From NCBI GenBank assembly GCA_963675755.2, contig CAXXMD010000002.1, positions 1,792,001 through 1,856,000 of the forward strand: a stretch of DNA of 64,000 nucleotides. Direction: 5' to 3'. Of this stretch, positions 10,369 through 20,807 are shown piece after piece (position 1 is the first letter of the stretch; every line of letters begins with the position of its first letter). The notes beneath the pieces were generated by a model, which saw only the letters and a list, made by a program, of their open reading frames with translations, searched no databases and was not told the DNA's origin. This DNA is from a bacterium. Its GTDB lineage: Bacteria > Zhuqueibacterota > Zhuqueibacteria > Residuimicrobiales > Krinioviventaceae. Position numbers and translations under genes: made by a program.

Positions 10369-10574
10369 TTTTTTTTTGCCAATTCCCTTCTGGGCCCTAC
10401 TCGCAGCCTTACCACTGGTTCCAAGGCCTGGTATAATCAGAGATAATATCAGTGTTCATCTGCGTTCATCGAGCAAAGCGGGCGGTTCATTTTCTTATGT
10501 TTCCAATTCGCTGCCTTGGAACCTTTCTAGTCCGAATTAGGATTTTTAGGCTTAAAAGATGACAAGATTCACAC

Positions 10575-11306
10575 TCAACGCCCCCTTCTTGAAGCATTCT
10601 CACGAGATCGGGATGCGGTTCTTTGCGCTTTCTGCTGCTCCTGATCATGGCTTGAATTATCTCTTATTGTTTTCCTCGTTTCCGTTTTATAGGTCTGCTC
10701 CTGATCACGTCTGGAACTATCTCTTTGGGTTTTTCTTGAATCTGTTTTATACGCCTGTTCTTGTCCACGCCTGGTATTGGGTCTTTGCTTTTGCGTTGTA
10801 TGCGTTTTAGGTTTGGGATCTGTATTATGTGTATAATCCGGTTTGGGTTTTGGCGGTTTAGGTGGGTGTGGCGGATGTGGTGGTGGCGGAGGTACAGGAA
10901 CATCATGATATTTATCCATATATGCCTGTCTAAACATATACTCAAAATTACGGCCCCAGATATATTCAAACTCTGCAAACATGGCATCATTATATCCCAA
11001 AGCATATGGGGAGAGACGTCCATCTAATATGCCGGAATCTATTTTCTCATCAATATCAAATTCTACCCATAAAAAATAACTGTACTTTTGTGTCAAAATA
11101 CTGCTCGCCGGATAAAAGAGAAACAACCTGCCGCGCTCAAGGTCTTTATCCGCATCCATCATTCCCCGTTCATATTCCGCATCAAAAAATACCTGCCGAC
11201 TCGCATTATAGCGTGCAGAGTTTTGATCGGCATAATAAACAGGTGCACAAGAGTAAAACAGGGGTACAATCAAGAGGGTCCACAACACTGTTAAATTCCG
11301 CTTCAT
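10575..11306 (-). CDS. Hypothetical lipoprotein with Pro-rich linker and charged repetitive tail
   Basis: Lipobox-like LFYSC; PVPPPPPHPPHPPKPPKP; ~2.5 copies of a 20 aa repeat; GGAG RBS. Confidence 0.75.
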   Translation of the reverse strand: MKRNLTVLWTLLIVPLFYSCAPVYYADQNSARYNASRQVFFDAEYERGMMDADKDLERGRLFLFYPASSILTQKYSYFLWVEFDIDEKIDSGILDGRLSPYALGYNDAMFAEFEYIWGRNFEYMFRQAYMDKYHDVPVPPPPPHPPHPPKPPKPKPDYTHNTDPKPKTHTTQKQRPNTRRGQEQAYKTDSRKTQRDSSRRDQEQTYKTETRKTIRDNSSHDQEQQKAQRTASRSRENASRRGR

Positions 11307-11380
11307 ACCAGCTCCATATTAATTGATGTGGCTTTCTGTATATTTGACGTAACGTATTCAAGTGTTGTTTACAGCAGAAT

Positions 11381-11423
11381 AAAAAAAACCGCAGCAATTC
11401 GATCTTGAATATTACTGCGGTTT
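11381..11423 (-). terminator. Intrinsic terminator of the MCP gene
   Basis: AAACCGCAG...CTGCGGTTT stem; the A-tract on + is a U-tract on -. Confidence 0.7.
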
Positions 11424-11454
11424 CAATCTATGATGAGAGGATGAGAGAGAAAAT

Positions 11455-13335
11455 TTACTTGTTGGAAATTTGATATTCCTCCACCAGTGCCTTCATTTCC
11501 TGAATATCACTTGCCATTTCACTGGCAGCCGCTGCCGATTCTTCTGAATTGGCGGCATTGTCCTGCGTTACTTTATTGAGCTGCTCAACGGCATCATTAA
11601 TTTGTTCAATGCCGCGATTATGTTCAATTGAAGCAACCGCAATCAATTTTACAACATCATTTGCTTTTTGTATTTGTTCCGCAATCTCTTTTAAATCACT
11701 TGATACCTGAATATTCAACTGCACTCCGTCTTCTGCATTCTTGACAGATTCAGAAACCAGTTCCGCTGTGTCTTTGGCCGCTTCGGCACTACGAATAGCC
11801 AAATTTCGAACTTCTTCCGCAACCACTGCAAATCCTTTACCGGCTTCTCCCGCGCGTGCCGCTTCAACAGCAGCATTCAAGGCCAATAGATTGGTCTGGA
11901 ATGCAATTTCATCAATATTTTTCACAATAGCGGTTGTTTGATCAGATGAAGATTTTATACTTTCAATTGCATCAGAAAGCTTTTTCATGCTCTCCTGACC
12001 TTTACGGGTGGTACTGAATGAAGATTCAGAAATAGAAATGGCTTCATTGGCATGAGATGCGTTTTCAGTTGAAGAAGCTGTCAATTCCTGTAATTTGCTG
12101 CCAATCTCCTGCAACGTTCCGGCCTGCTCGGTTGCACCCTGGGCAACAGCCTGGTTGGTGGAATCAATTTGCCGTGATGCAGTTGCAACACTTTCTGTTT
12201 TACGAATGATATTATATAATCCATCATCCAGATTATTAACAGCAGTGTTCAGCGCGATTTTTATCTTTTCATAATCCCCTTTGTAAAGACCATTCATTTG
12301 AACGGTTAGATCTTTGTTTGAAATTCGTTCCATAACCTGGGCGGCATCATTTATGGGTCCAATCACAGCATCAAGAGTTTTATTGAAATTTTCAACAATT
12401 TTAGCAAACTCGCCTTCATGTCTGCTTTCATCCGCGCGTGTTTGCAAGTCACCATTAACAGCAGACGAGGCAAGATTATTAGCATCATCAACCAATGCGG
12501 AAATTCGTTCCTTCATACTCACCATGGCTTTGCCCAGAATGTCCTGATCAGATTGAACATTGATTTCCCGTGATAAATCACCTCTTGCAATTTGCTCAGC
12601 ATTAGCGGCTTTGGCTAAAAGACTTTGCTGCAACACTTTTAAAGAATCTCCCGCTGCACCAATTTCACAATCGCCATTTACACAAATATCTGCTTCTATA
12701 TTTCCTTTAGAAAATTTTTCAAGATAGGCGGTTATCTGTAATAAACCGCGCAAAACCTGTCGTTTCAACAGTAATATGATAACCAGACAGGTAATAAAAA
12801 TGGTAAATACAGAGACCAGTGTTAAAATCCTTGCCTGGCTGGTTATGGATTTCTTAACATTTAGAATTGAAGTTCTTACACTGATGGTTCCATAGCTGTC
12901 ACCGGTATTGCCATCATGACAATCCAGACAATTTTCGGTAGCAATAATAGGAACTATAAAACGGATCACAGGTTCATCCTGAAATGTTTCGGAAATAACA
13001 CTCTGTTCTTTAGAAGTGAGCACAGATAATTCCTCTGCATCCATGGTGTTTTCACTGTCTTCAATTACCAGGTTTGAAGGAACGACTCTAATTTCCTGGG
13101 TGTTACCTACATTTTGAACATCTTTAATATAGGGTTCAACATCATCAACCCCTTGCGCCATAATAAACATTAAAGATTTTGTAACATATGTTGCCGCGTC
13201 ATGAATATTTTCTTCCGCGGTTGCCATCTCACGCTTTTCCATAGTAGACTGCAATAATATCATCATCAGGCTCATAATAACGACAAGAACAATGGCAACA
13301 ATCAATCCTATTTTTTTGGATATCGAGTTACCCAC
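11455..13335 (-). CDS. Methyl-accepting chemotaxis protein with haem-c (CxxCH) periplasmic sensor and HAMP domains
   Basis: IAFQTNLLALNAAVEAARAGEAGKGFAVVAEEVRNLA; two TM helices; CLDCH; GTG start after AAGGGG. Confidence 0.95.
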   Translation of the reverse strand: MGNSISKKIGLIVAIVLVVIMSLMMILLQSTMEKREMATAEENIHDAATYVTKSLMFIMAQGVDDVEPYIKDVQNVGNTQEIRVVPSNLVIEDSENTMDAEELSVLTSKEQSVISETFQDEPVIRFIVPIIATENCLDCHDGNTGDSYGTISVRTSILNVKKSITSQARILTLVSVFTIFITCLVIILLLKRQVLRGLLQITAYLEKFSKGNIEADICVNGDCEIGAAGDSLKVLQQSLLAKAANAEQIARGDLSREINVQSDQDILGKAMVSMKERISALVDDANNLASSAVNGDLQTRADESRHEGEFAKIVENFNKTLDAVIGPINDAAQVMERISNKDLTVQMNGLYKGDYEKIKIALNTAVNNLDDGLYNIIRKTESVATASRQIDSTNQAVAQGATEQAGTLQEIGSKLQELTASSTENASHANEAISISESSFSTTRKGQESMKKLSDAIESIKSSSDQTTAIVKNIDEIAFQTNLLALNAAVEAARAGEAGKGFAVVAEEVRNLAIRSAEAAKDTAELVSESVKNAEDGVQLNIQVSSDLKEIAEQIQKANDVVKLIAVASIEHNRGIEQINDAVEQLNKVTQDNAANSEESAAAASEMASDIQEMKALVEEYQISNK

Positions 13336-13859
13336 AATATTACCCCTTTCAATACGTTACTACTTGGTTACTACATAATATGATAGTAAAACAAATTTAG
13401 TACCAAAACAAAATAATTTAAACCAAAATGCAAATAATTAAGCAATCTACGTCAATACCTGTGATATTTTTCACAAAAACGATTTTATATCTATTTTTTC
13501 AGGAAAGGCTTGATAAATTCAATGTATCTCAATATCGATTAAAATTTTGAAATAGGACTTGAAATACTTTAATTTAACAGCAATAAAAACAAAACTTTGC
13601 ACAAATGCATAATGTTAGAAAAATTATATACTTAACGACCCTAATATGGATTTTGCTACATTCAGGTTTCAAATCCAATATTAAAAAGCAATCGCGAACT
13701 TTTAATATATTATCCCCAAAAAATTGAAATACATAGAAAATCTCGTATTTCTCTTGATTTTTCCAATTAAAATGGTAATTAATTACTCATCAGGTAGATA
13801 TTATTGCATGCATTTCAACTCAACCAATATAGAACATATTTTAATTTTGAGGATAAACT

Positions 13860-13890
13860 GACGGGAATATTTTAATAAAATACTCCCGTC
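13860..13890. terminator. Hairpin downstream of the MotA/ExbB-like gene
   Basis: GACGGGAATATTTT...AAAATACTCCCGTC. Confidence 0.5.
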
Positions 13891-13930
13891 GATACAATTT
13901 GGAGGAAGGAACTTTAATCAAGAGAATAGA

Positions 13931-14329
13931 TCAGGCAGATAATCGGTTATTCAATATCCTTGTCAGCACAAACCAGCTAACGAGTGCAACCATAAGCGTG
14001 GCCAGTCCGAATATGGTAGTAAAGAATGACATTTTGAATCCCATCATTACAATTGCAGGACTGATATCTGTTGCTACAATAATCGCTGCAATGGCCCGCC
14101 AAAGTCCGGTGATCTGGCCAATGAAACCCAGCATGGCAGTTATGCTTCCCCAGAATGGCAGAGCCTGTAATTCCCGATACAACAACGCGGGATCACGCTC
14201 TGATTTCAAAACATCAATAATCCCCTTGATGATAACAAACAATGTGATCAATGCAAGCGGCAATAACACCCAAATCCAGGGTCCCATTCCCTGGAAAAAA
14301 AACAAGATTGTAGTTTCCTGCTGCGGCAT
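13931..14329 (-). CDS. Small MotA/TolQ/ExbB proton-channel-family membrane protein
   Basis: GSITAMLGFIGQITGL...DISPAIVMMGFKMSFFTTIFG; 3 TM segments; AGGAGG RBS. Confidence 0.8.
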   Translation of the reverse strand: MPQQETTILFFFQGMGPWIWVLLPLALITLFVIIKGIIDVLKSERDPALLYRELQALPFWGSITAMLGFIGQITGLWRAIAAIIVATDISPAIVMMGFKMSFFTTIFGLATLMVALVSWFVLTRILNNRLSA

Positions 14330-14613
14330 AATAGCCTCCTTTTAAATAAATGAAACAACAATTTTAAAATGTCACACTTGCAATCTAACATCCTGGTAAA
14401 ATTAATTTTTATTTTTTAGACCAAACGAACATTATTAGCGTTATACAATTCATAATAACTATTCAACAATCCGGTATGTAAAAACAGTCATTCATCAGGA
14501 AAAACCGGTTGTTTGTCGATTTTTATAGACAATCATTACAAAAAGCCATATCTTTTATTACAACAAAGAGGATATGCTTGAAATATAAAATAAAAAATAT
14601 AAATCTTTTTGCA

Positions 14614-15675
14614 ATGGAAATAAGCCACAAACAAAAACAGGTAGTGAGATTTCTAACACATGTCTTTTATTGGACTCTGGCCCTTTTTTTCTATATTTTT
14701 TATTTTGGGCACTGGGAAGGCAATTATCTTTACACATTCAAGTTTGTTATCTCACTATTACCCATTTCAATGGGTACCTGTTATCTGATAATATATTATC
14801 TTTTACCGGTATATCTTTATAACCCTCAAAAACGTTCGATCCCCAAACTGTTATTCCTGTTATTAAACTCTCTGGTTTTATTTACATACCTGAACTGCAT
14901 GGTCATTGCTATTTTTATGATCAAAAGCGCACTGGGTAAAGGCTTATTGGACAGCAAAATGGACCTCACGACTATAGACATGACCATTGTGGTGTTGAGC
15001 ATGCTGTTTTCTGTTATGCTGGCAGTTGCAATCAAATTGATCAAATACTGGTACCGCGAACAAAATCGTTCTCAGCAACTCTTGCAGGAGAAAATAGAAA
15101 CCGAGCTGCGTATGTTGAAAATGCAGTTAAATCCGCATTTTTTATTCAACACCTTGAACAGCATATACGCGCTATCGCTCTCCCGGTCTGAGCAGACACC
15201 GGATGTGGTTCTCAAGCTCTCTGCCATGTTGGATTATGTTTTGTACGAGTGCAAAACCAGACAGGTTGATCTTTCCAAAGAAGTATTATTTTTGCAAAAC
15301 TATATTGAACTTGAAAAATACAGATTTGCGGACCGGGTAAAAGTTTCATTCAAAACCGATTTGCCGGACAAACCGGTGAGCATACCTCCCATGCTGTTAA
15401 TGCCCTTTGTGGAAAACAGTTTTAAACATGGTGCGGGTAAAAGCCGCAAACAATGCAATATCCATATATCACTTGATGTTTCTAATTCAGTTCTTTATTT
15501 TAATATCCAAAATGATCATCCCGGATCAGGACCGGTTGAATTTAACGGCATCGGGCTCAAAAGTGTAAAGAAACAACTTGAGCTGATGTATCCGCAAAAT
15601 CACATGCTATCTATAACGGATCAGGATGGTCAGTTTACCGTAGATCTATCATTTCCGGTACAGGTTAGCCCATGA
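14614..15675 (+). CDS. LytS/YehU-family membrane sensor histidine kinase
   Basis: ELRMLKMQLNPHFLFNTLNSIY, PFVENSFKHG, GIGL; N-terminal TM helices; start codon uncertain. Confidence 0.92.
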   Translation: MEISHKQKQVVRFLTHVFYWTLALFFYIFYFGHWEGNYLYTFKFVISLLPISMGTCYLIIYYLLPVYLYNPQKRSIPKLLFLLLNSLVLFTYLNCMVIAIFMIKSALGKGLLDSKMDLTTIDMTIVVLSMLFSVMLAVAIKLIKYWYREQNRSQQLLQEKIETELRMLKMQLNPHFLFNTLNSIYALSLSRSEQTPDVVLKLSAMLDYVLYECKTRQVDLSKEVLFLQNYIELEKYRFADRVKVSFKTDLPDKPVSIPPMLLMPFVENSFKHGAGKSRKQCNIHISLDVSNSVLYFNIQNDHPGSGPVEFNGIGLKSVKKQLELMYPQNHMLSITDQDGQFTVDLSFPVQVSP

Positions 15676-16385
15676 AAATTAAATGTATGCTTGTTGATGA
15701 TGAACCCCTGGCCATTCAGGCATTGAGCAGCTTGCTCAATCGAATGGACAATATCGAGATCACGGCTGCGTGTAACGATGCGGTATCTGCTTTTCAAATG
15801 ATCAAATCAAATCCGGTGGACCTGTTATTTCTCGACATAGAGATGCCTGAACTGACGGGACTCGAATTCATCAAATCCCTGAAACACCCGCCCAAAATTA
15901 TTCTGGTTACAGCTTACCGGGATTACGCGCTGGATGCCTTTGATCTGGATGTATTGGATTATCTGCTCAAGCCGGTATCTTTTGAACGATTACTGCAGGC
16001 TCTGGATAAATTTTACGAGTCTTTTCAATCTCATACAAGAGTCCAGCCTTCCACAACTGAGAGCAATACAAATACTGTGCAATTTCTGCAAATCAAAGCG
16101 GATAAAAAAACGGTTCGCATTCCCCTGCAAAACATTCTCTATATTGAAAGTATGAAAGATTATCAAAAAATACACACCCTTACCGGAGAAATAGTAACCC
16201 AGATGTCTCTTAAATCCATTTTAGAGAAACTGCCTGATGAACGATTTATGCAAATCCATCGTTCGTTCATCATCAATCTTGATAAAATAGACTCTTTTAC
16301 AACCAACAGCATAGAGATCAAAAAACAAGAGCTGCCCATAGGCAGAATGTACCGGGCCGCGCTTTTGGCGCAATTGAACAACTAA
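15672..16385 (+). CDS. LytTR-family response regulator
   Basis: Receiver VDDEPLA, FLDIEMP, DYLLKP; LytTR motif FMQIHRSFIIN. Confidence 0.95.
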   Translation: MKIKCMLVDDEPLAIQALSSLLNRMDNIEITAACNDAVSAFQMIKSNPVDLLFLDIEMPELTGLEFIKSLKHPPKIILVTAYRDYALDAFDLDVLDYLLKPVSFERLLQALDKFYESFQSHTRVQPSTTESNTNTVQFLQIKADKKTVRIPLQNILYIESMKDYQKIHTLTGEIVTQMSLKSILEKLPDERFMQIHRSFIINLDKIDSFTTNSIEIKKQELPIGRMYRAALLAQLNN

Positions 16386-16506
16386 AAACCCCCACTCCTT
16401 TTTCTATAATCCTTAATAAAAATCCGTTGCAAAAGAATGCAATTCTTGTTATTGTATACGGGTTGTATTTTAACTATTATCTTTACTTTTTAATCCAGAG
16501 GAAAGC

Positions 16507-18519
16507 ATGCAAAAAGCCATTGCTGTATTGCTGTTATCGTTATCCATCCTGCTTGCCGGGTGCAGTATATCAAATCAAAGTAAACTCGAAAACTCCCATA
16601 TCTCAATAGATCTTGGTTATAATGAAAACGGGATACCGGTAATTCAAAAAATTTCCAGCGCAAAATATACGATTATAAGCAATACAGATAAATCATCCAT
16701 TAACGACTGGCTTCCCGAGATTAAAAAGAATTCCAGTATCAGCAAATGGCAAGTTGAACAGGACAGCAAATTTATTAAAGCCCGGGCGACTGCAACCTCT
16801 AAAAATTTAACACTTGCCTGGAATGTGGAACTGCCGAAAAACGGAGGTTTATTTCGTACATATATAGATCTGGTAAATAACGGACAATCAAAGCAATCCA
16901 TTGCCAGCTATCCGGTTTGGATTGCGCAATGGAATTATAATAGTGATAAGCTGTGTAAACTTGATTACTGGCAGCCACTCACCTATACACCATTCAGACA
17001 ATCCCTCAATACCGGTACAAAAATCAATTTAAATTCAGCGGTATACAGTTCCGACAAACACAAACCGGACGGCAAGCTCCCTTTTTGGCAGGTCGAGCAT
17101 GAAAACGGGGCTGTATTTTACAGCATTGGTTGGAGCGGCGGTTGGAATGCTGACATTTCACAAAGCACAGATGGCACTCATATGCAAGTGTCTTTACCGC
17201 CGTCCGAGACGCAGTTGGTCCTTGAACCGGGCGAGTCGGTTACCGGCCCCATGTTCTACATTTTGTCCAGTTCAGAAACCAGTCAATCAAATGCACGAAA
17301 AGAGTGGTTAACACAGCGAAATAATTTTGCCAACCTGCTTTATGAAAAACCCGAAAACTGGTACCCGTTTTTGTACAATCACTGGTACTCGGTGCGTTTT
17401 GATCTCAGCAGCACATTCATCAAGAACCAGATCGATACCATGCTGCCGTACAACTTTGATCTATTTGTGGTAGATGCGGGATGGTATGCGAGTCCCGGTG
17501 ATTGGGTACCTGACCCTGCAAAATTCAAACCCGGCGAGTTTGAAAAAGCCCTGAAATATGTAAAAGACAATGGCATTCTTGCCGGCATCTGGAGCTGTCC
17601 CTGGTTGCTGCGGGTTGAGGGAGAAACGCTCCCTCCTGAAATTGACAATCCCCCCTTTTATCGCGATTTTATGGATGCATACGGCATGGACCTTGCCGGC
17701 ACTGATTTTACAAAGTACCTGCACAACCATATTGAACATCTGACTGATCAATTTTACATGGACTGGTGGAAGTATGATCAGGAGCTGTTTGGGGACAATT
17801 CGCGACACGGTAAAATGAAAAACATTATTGCCCTGCAGGATGCGCTTGAGGCAGTACGAATAGATTTCCCTAAACTCAACATTGAAAATTGTATGAGCGG
17901 CGGTAGAATGATCAATGAATTTACGGACCAGATTGCCCAAAGCCACTGGATACGCGACGGCAGCCGGAATGGTATGCAGCATGCCCAGTCCAATATCAGT
18001 GAAGCAATTGGGGCCATTCAATTGCTGGATCCCGCCAAAGTGCAGCGTTGGACCAATCGCATTGACGAACTGGATGAAAACGATACCGAATTGATCAAAC
18101 TCTATTGCCGGAGCTGCATGATTGGCGTGTGGGGTATTTCCACGGACATGGCCAAAGTGACTGAAAAGCAAAAACAGATCATTCTTGAACAGATCAAGAT
18201 CTATCGCAAGCTCAATGAACTAAAACCCGCACTTGAATATGACATTTGGTATCCCAATGAACAATCTGATTTTGCGGGCGTCATCTATTATGATCAACAG
18301 CATGAAAACGCAGCGGTCTTGTTGTATAATCGCAAACCAGGTGACGAGATCAATGCGGAACTCAAAGTCCGGCTCAATCCGGATACATCCTACATACTAC
18401 ACAATGCGGACACGGAAACAGGCACAGAGATATCCGGTAAATCATTGACAAATGGCGAATATGTTTTTCATTTGAATAAAGGTGAGCTTTCCGGGGTATA
18501 TTTTATTAATACAAAGTAA
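16507..18519 (+). CDS. GH36-like alpha-galactosidase lipoprotein
   Basis: Lipobox LLAGC; YNHW, VVDAGWY, GIW, WWKYD and IENCMSGGR follow the clan GH-D pattern. Confidence 0.75.
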   Translation: MQKAIAVLLLSLSILLAGCSISNQSKLENSHISIDLGYNENGIPVIQKISSAKYTIISNTDKSSINDWLPEIKKNSSISKWQVEQDSKFIKARATATSKNLTLAWNVELPKNGGLFRTYIDLVNNGQSKQSIASYPVWIAQWNYNSDKLCKLDYWQPLTYTPFRQSLNTGTKINLNSAVYSSDKHKPDGKLPFWQVEHENGAVFYSIGWSGGWNADISQSTDGTHMQVSLPPSETQLVLEPGESVTGPMFYILSSSETSQSNARKEWLTQRNNFANLLYEKPENWYPFLYNHWYSVRFDLSSTFIKNQIDTMLPYNFDLFVVDAGWYASPGDWVPDPAKFKPGEFEKALKYVKDNGILAGIWSCPWLLRVEGETLPPEIDNPPFYRDFMDAYGMDLAGTDFTKYLHNHIEHLTDQFYMDWWKYDQELFGDNSRHGKMKNIIALQDALEAVRIDFPKLNIENCMSGGRMINEFTDQIAQSHWIRDGSRNGMQHAQSNISEAIGAIQLLDPAKVQRWTNRIDELDENDTELIKLYCRSCMIGVWGISTDMAKVTEKQKQIILEQIKIYRKLNELKPALEYDIWYPNEQSDFAGVIYYDQQHENAAVLLYNRKPGDEINAELKVRLNPDTSYILHNADTETGTEISGKSLTNGEYVFHLNKGELSGVYFINTK

Positions 18520-18529
18520 AGAGAACAAC

Positions 18530-19096
18530 ATGCACACAACCGGGAATCCTGATTTTAAAAGAGTAAAAATAAATCAGAATGAAAAAGGTATGCAAATTAT
18601 TGTGCATACAAATAAAAAAATCCCATATATACTTTTTCAAGGGCTTTGGTTGAGCGCCTGGGGGTATGCCTTGTATCAAATGTACCTGGAGTTCATGTCC
18701 ACTGAACTGGATTGGTCTATGACATTAGAGCTCATTTTTGTTTTTATTTGGGCATTTGCTGGCTTTGTATTATTACGCCAGTATCTATGGCTTTTACTTG
18801 GCAGGGAAAAAATAGAGTTTACATTTACTCAGGTGATCTTGAAAACCAGTTTCTGGAATTATATCTTTCCATCGAGTTATGATATGCAAAAGATCCAATC
18901 CATGCGCATTACCCGGACTAGCCGATTAAAAGGAAGAATAAAGATGAAACGGTTTATGAGTATGGGAAGCAACAGGTGTATTGCCTTTAACTATGGAGAC
19001 AAATCCGCTTGTTTCGGCCTTTCGTTGGGACAGGCAGAAGCCAATTATTTATTGGATATCATCAAAAGCAGATATTCAAATTTGGTAGAGTATTAA
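18530..19096 (+). CDS. Uncharacterised membrane protein, array paralogue A
   Basis: TM hairpin then LWLLLGREKI...CIAFNYGDK...FG..L..AEA; homologous to 20235, 20800 and 22396. Confidence 0.8.
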   Translation: MHTTGNPDFKRVKINQNEKGMQIIVHTNKKIPYILFQGLWLSAWGYALYQMYLEFMSTELDWSMTLELIFVFIWAFAGFVLLRQYLWLLLGREKIEFTFTQVILKTSFWNYIFPSSYDMQKIQSMRITRTSRLKGRIKMKRFMSMGSNRCIAFNYGDKSACFGLSLGQAEANYLLDIIKSRYSNLVEY

Positions 19097-19242
19097 ATAT
19101 AAAAAATCCCGGGGTCATTATGGATCCGGAAAACATTAATCAGTATTTGGGATCGTTGAAATTTCTAATAGTATTCGACCATTGTGCTGTCAGCCGGCAA
19201 ATAAGATAATGAATAAGGAAAATCCCGGTTAACTCAAAAATC

Positions 19243-20217
19243 ATGAAAAATAATTATAAACTCAAAACATGCCCTATTTGTAAATTGATCGTTTTTCAAA
19301 CTGCGGATCATTGTGACTGCGGATATCACTTTGAGACTGGTGAAATTAATAAAGTTTATATTGAAAAACAAAAGATGGAAAAGAAAGAGAATAAAAAATT
19401 TGTAAACCAACTAGTATTTTGTTTTCTTCTAGTCTTTGAAATATCCTTGAGTTTATTCCTTATTCCAATTCAAATGGAATCATATAAAAACATACAACCA
19501 TCCAAAATAGCAGTAGTATTTATCTTTCCAATTTTCCTTGCTTTATTTTTTTTGTTTTTTATAAACATCCTTCATATAATTATAAATATTTATAAAAAAA
19601 ATAGAATGTGGTTTTATTCAACCTTGGTATTGGTAGTAAGTATTTTTATTTTCTATTTACCAAATTACTTATTACCCCAAACACCTTATGAAGAAGTTCG
19701 ATATCAAAAAATTACCAATCAAACAAATGACGAGCGTTTTAATGAATTACTGGCATTATATGAATCCCAATTTCATCCCAAATATATAACCATACTCACA
19801 GAAAAAGAAAATGTTGTTATAGATAATACTGTTATAAATCTGGATTCCTTAACTTTTGGTCCCGTACCTGAATTTGGAATGTTTTACAAGTACTATGAAA
19901 ACGCCAAAATCAACAAAGCAATCAGTTTACAGGCAATATTTAAAGAAAACAAGCTGAATATAAAGGTTGAACAATTTTACAGATTATACGACTTGATGCT
20001 TGAATTAGGGATATCTGATCTCGATGCAAATAAAACCAATCCCGAAATCATCGAGATCATGTGGAACAATTCCGGGTACTCGGGTTCAAGAGGCATCTAT
20101 TACGCAGCAACCATTGATACGACAACTGTCCGGGCTCTGTACGATGATCTCGAAATTATCCGGCAAATCAATCCCAATATGGTATATTTTAAACGAAAAC
20201 CATATGCAATTTTTTAA
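19243..20217 (+). CDS. Hypothetical membrane protein with N-terminal zinc-ribbon
   Basis: CPIC...CDCGYHF, three TM helices, soluble C-terminal domain. Confidence 0.7.
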   Translation: MKNNYKLKTCPICKLIVFQTADHCDCGYHFETGEINKVYIEKQKMEKKENKKFVNQLVFCFLLVFEISLSLFLIPIQMESYKNIQPSKIAVVFIFPIFLALFFLFFINILHIIINIYKKNRMWFYSTLVLVVSIFIFYLPNYLLPQTPYEEVRYQKITNQTNDERFNELLALYESQFHPKYITILTEKENVVIDNTVINLDSLTFGPVPEFGMFYKYYENAKINKAISLQAIFKENKLNIKVEQFYRLYDLMLELGISDLDANKTNPEIIEIMWNNSGYSGSRGIYYAATIDTTTVRALYDDLEIIRQINPNMVYFKRKPYAIF

Positions 20218-20234
20218 TCTTTTAGGGGAAAAGC

Positions 20235-20807
20235 ATGTCAATCACCTCCAGTCACAGAAAACCGCGCTACAAAATCGAACATGGCGCAATGGGTATGGAT
20301 ATTTCTATTCCGTCGAGAAAAGAAATATGGGGGACATTGTTTTTATTGGCCTGGCTTGTTGGTTGGTTCTTTGGTGAGGCTGAAGCAATCCGTTTATATC
20401 TGGATAACACATCTGGCTACATCAATGATTCCTTATTTTTCCTTGCACCCTGGACACTGGGCGGAATAAGTGTAATTCTTTACATCTTGTGGATTGTTGT
20501 AGGAGAAGAGTATATTCATATCAAACAAGACGAGATTGTGCTTGAAAAAAACTTTTGGCAATACCTGTTTCCAAGGCATTATCCCCTTTCTGAAATACGG
20601 AACATGCGTACCGAAAGAATGGATAACATATCTTCCCAAAAGAACAATTTTTCATTTAATATTAACAACCGTGAAACCAAGAGGTGTATAATCTTTGATA
20701 TAGGATACAAGACAGATAAATTCGGTAATATGATGGACCGCGCCGAAGCTAATGCGTTACTACAAGAGATCCAAACCCGGTTCCCGGAGATTGTGTATCA
20801 TGATTAA
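20235..20807 (+). CDS. Uncharacterised membrane protein, array paralogue B
   Basis: IPSRKE...AWLVGWFFGE...WTLGG...LWIVVGEEYI...CIIFDIGYKTDKFG...AEA; GGGG RBS. Confidence 0.82.
   Translation: MSITSSHRKPRYKIEHGAMGMDISIPSRKEIWGTLFLLAWLVGWFFGEAEAIRLYLDNTSGYINDSLFFLAPWTLGGISVILYILWIVVGEEYIHIKQDEIVLEKNFWQYLFPRHYPLSEIRNMRTERMDNISSQKNNFSFNINNRETKRCIIFDIGYKTDKFGNMMDRAEANALLQEIQTRFPEIVYHD

Noticed and set aside
9851-10540. Short ORFs at 9851-10039 and 10271-10540
   Set aside because: They run through repeats and the MITE and have no recognisable protein features.
13500-13565. Sigma-28 promoter for the MCP gene
   Set aside because: A TCGATA-like -10 exists on the minus strand, but spacing to a TAAA/TCAA -35 does not fit.
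17461-18171. 236 aa antisense ORF (likewise 23155-23718 and 25011-25541)
   Set aside because: Lie wholly opposite well-supported genes and have no protein motifs.
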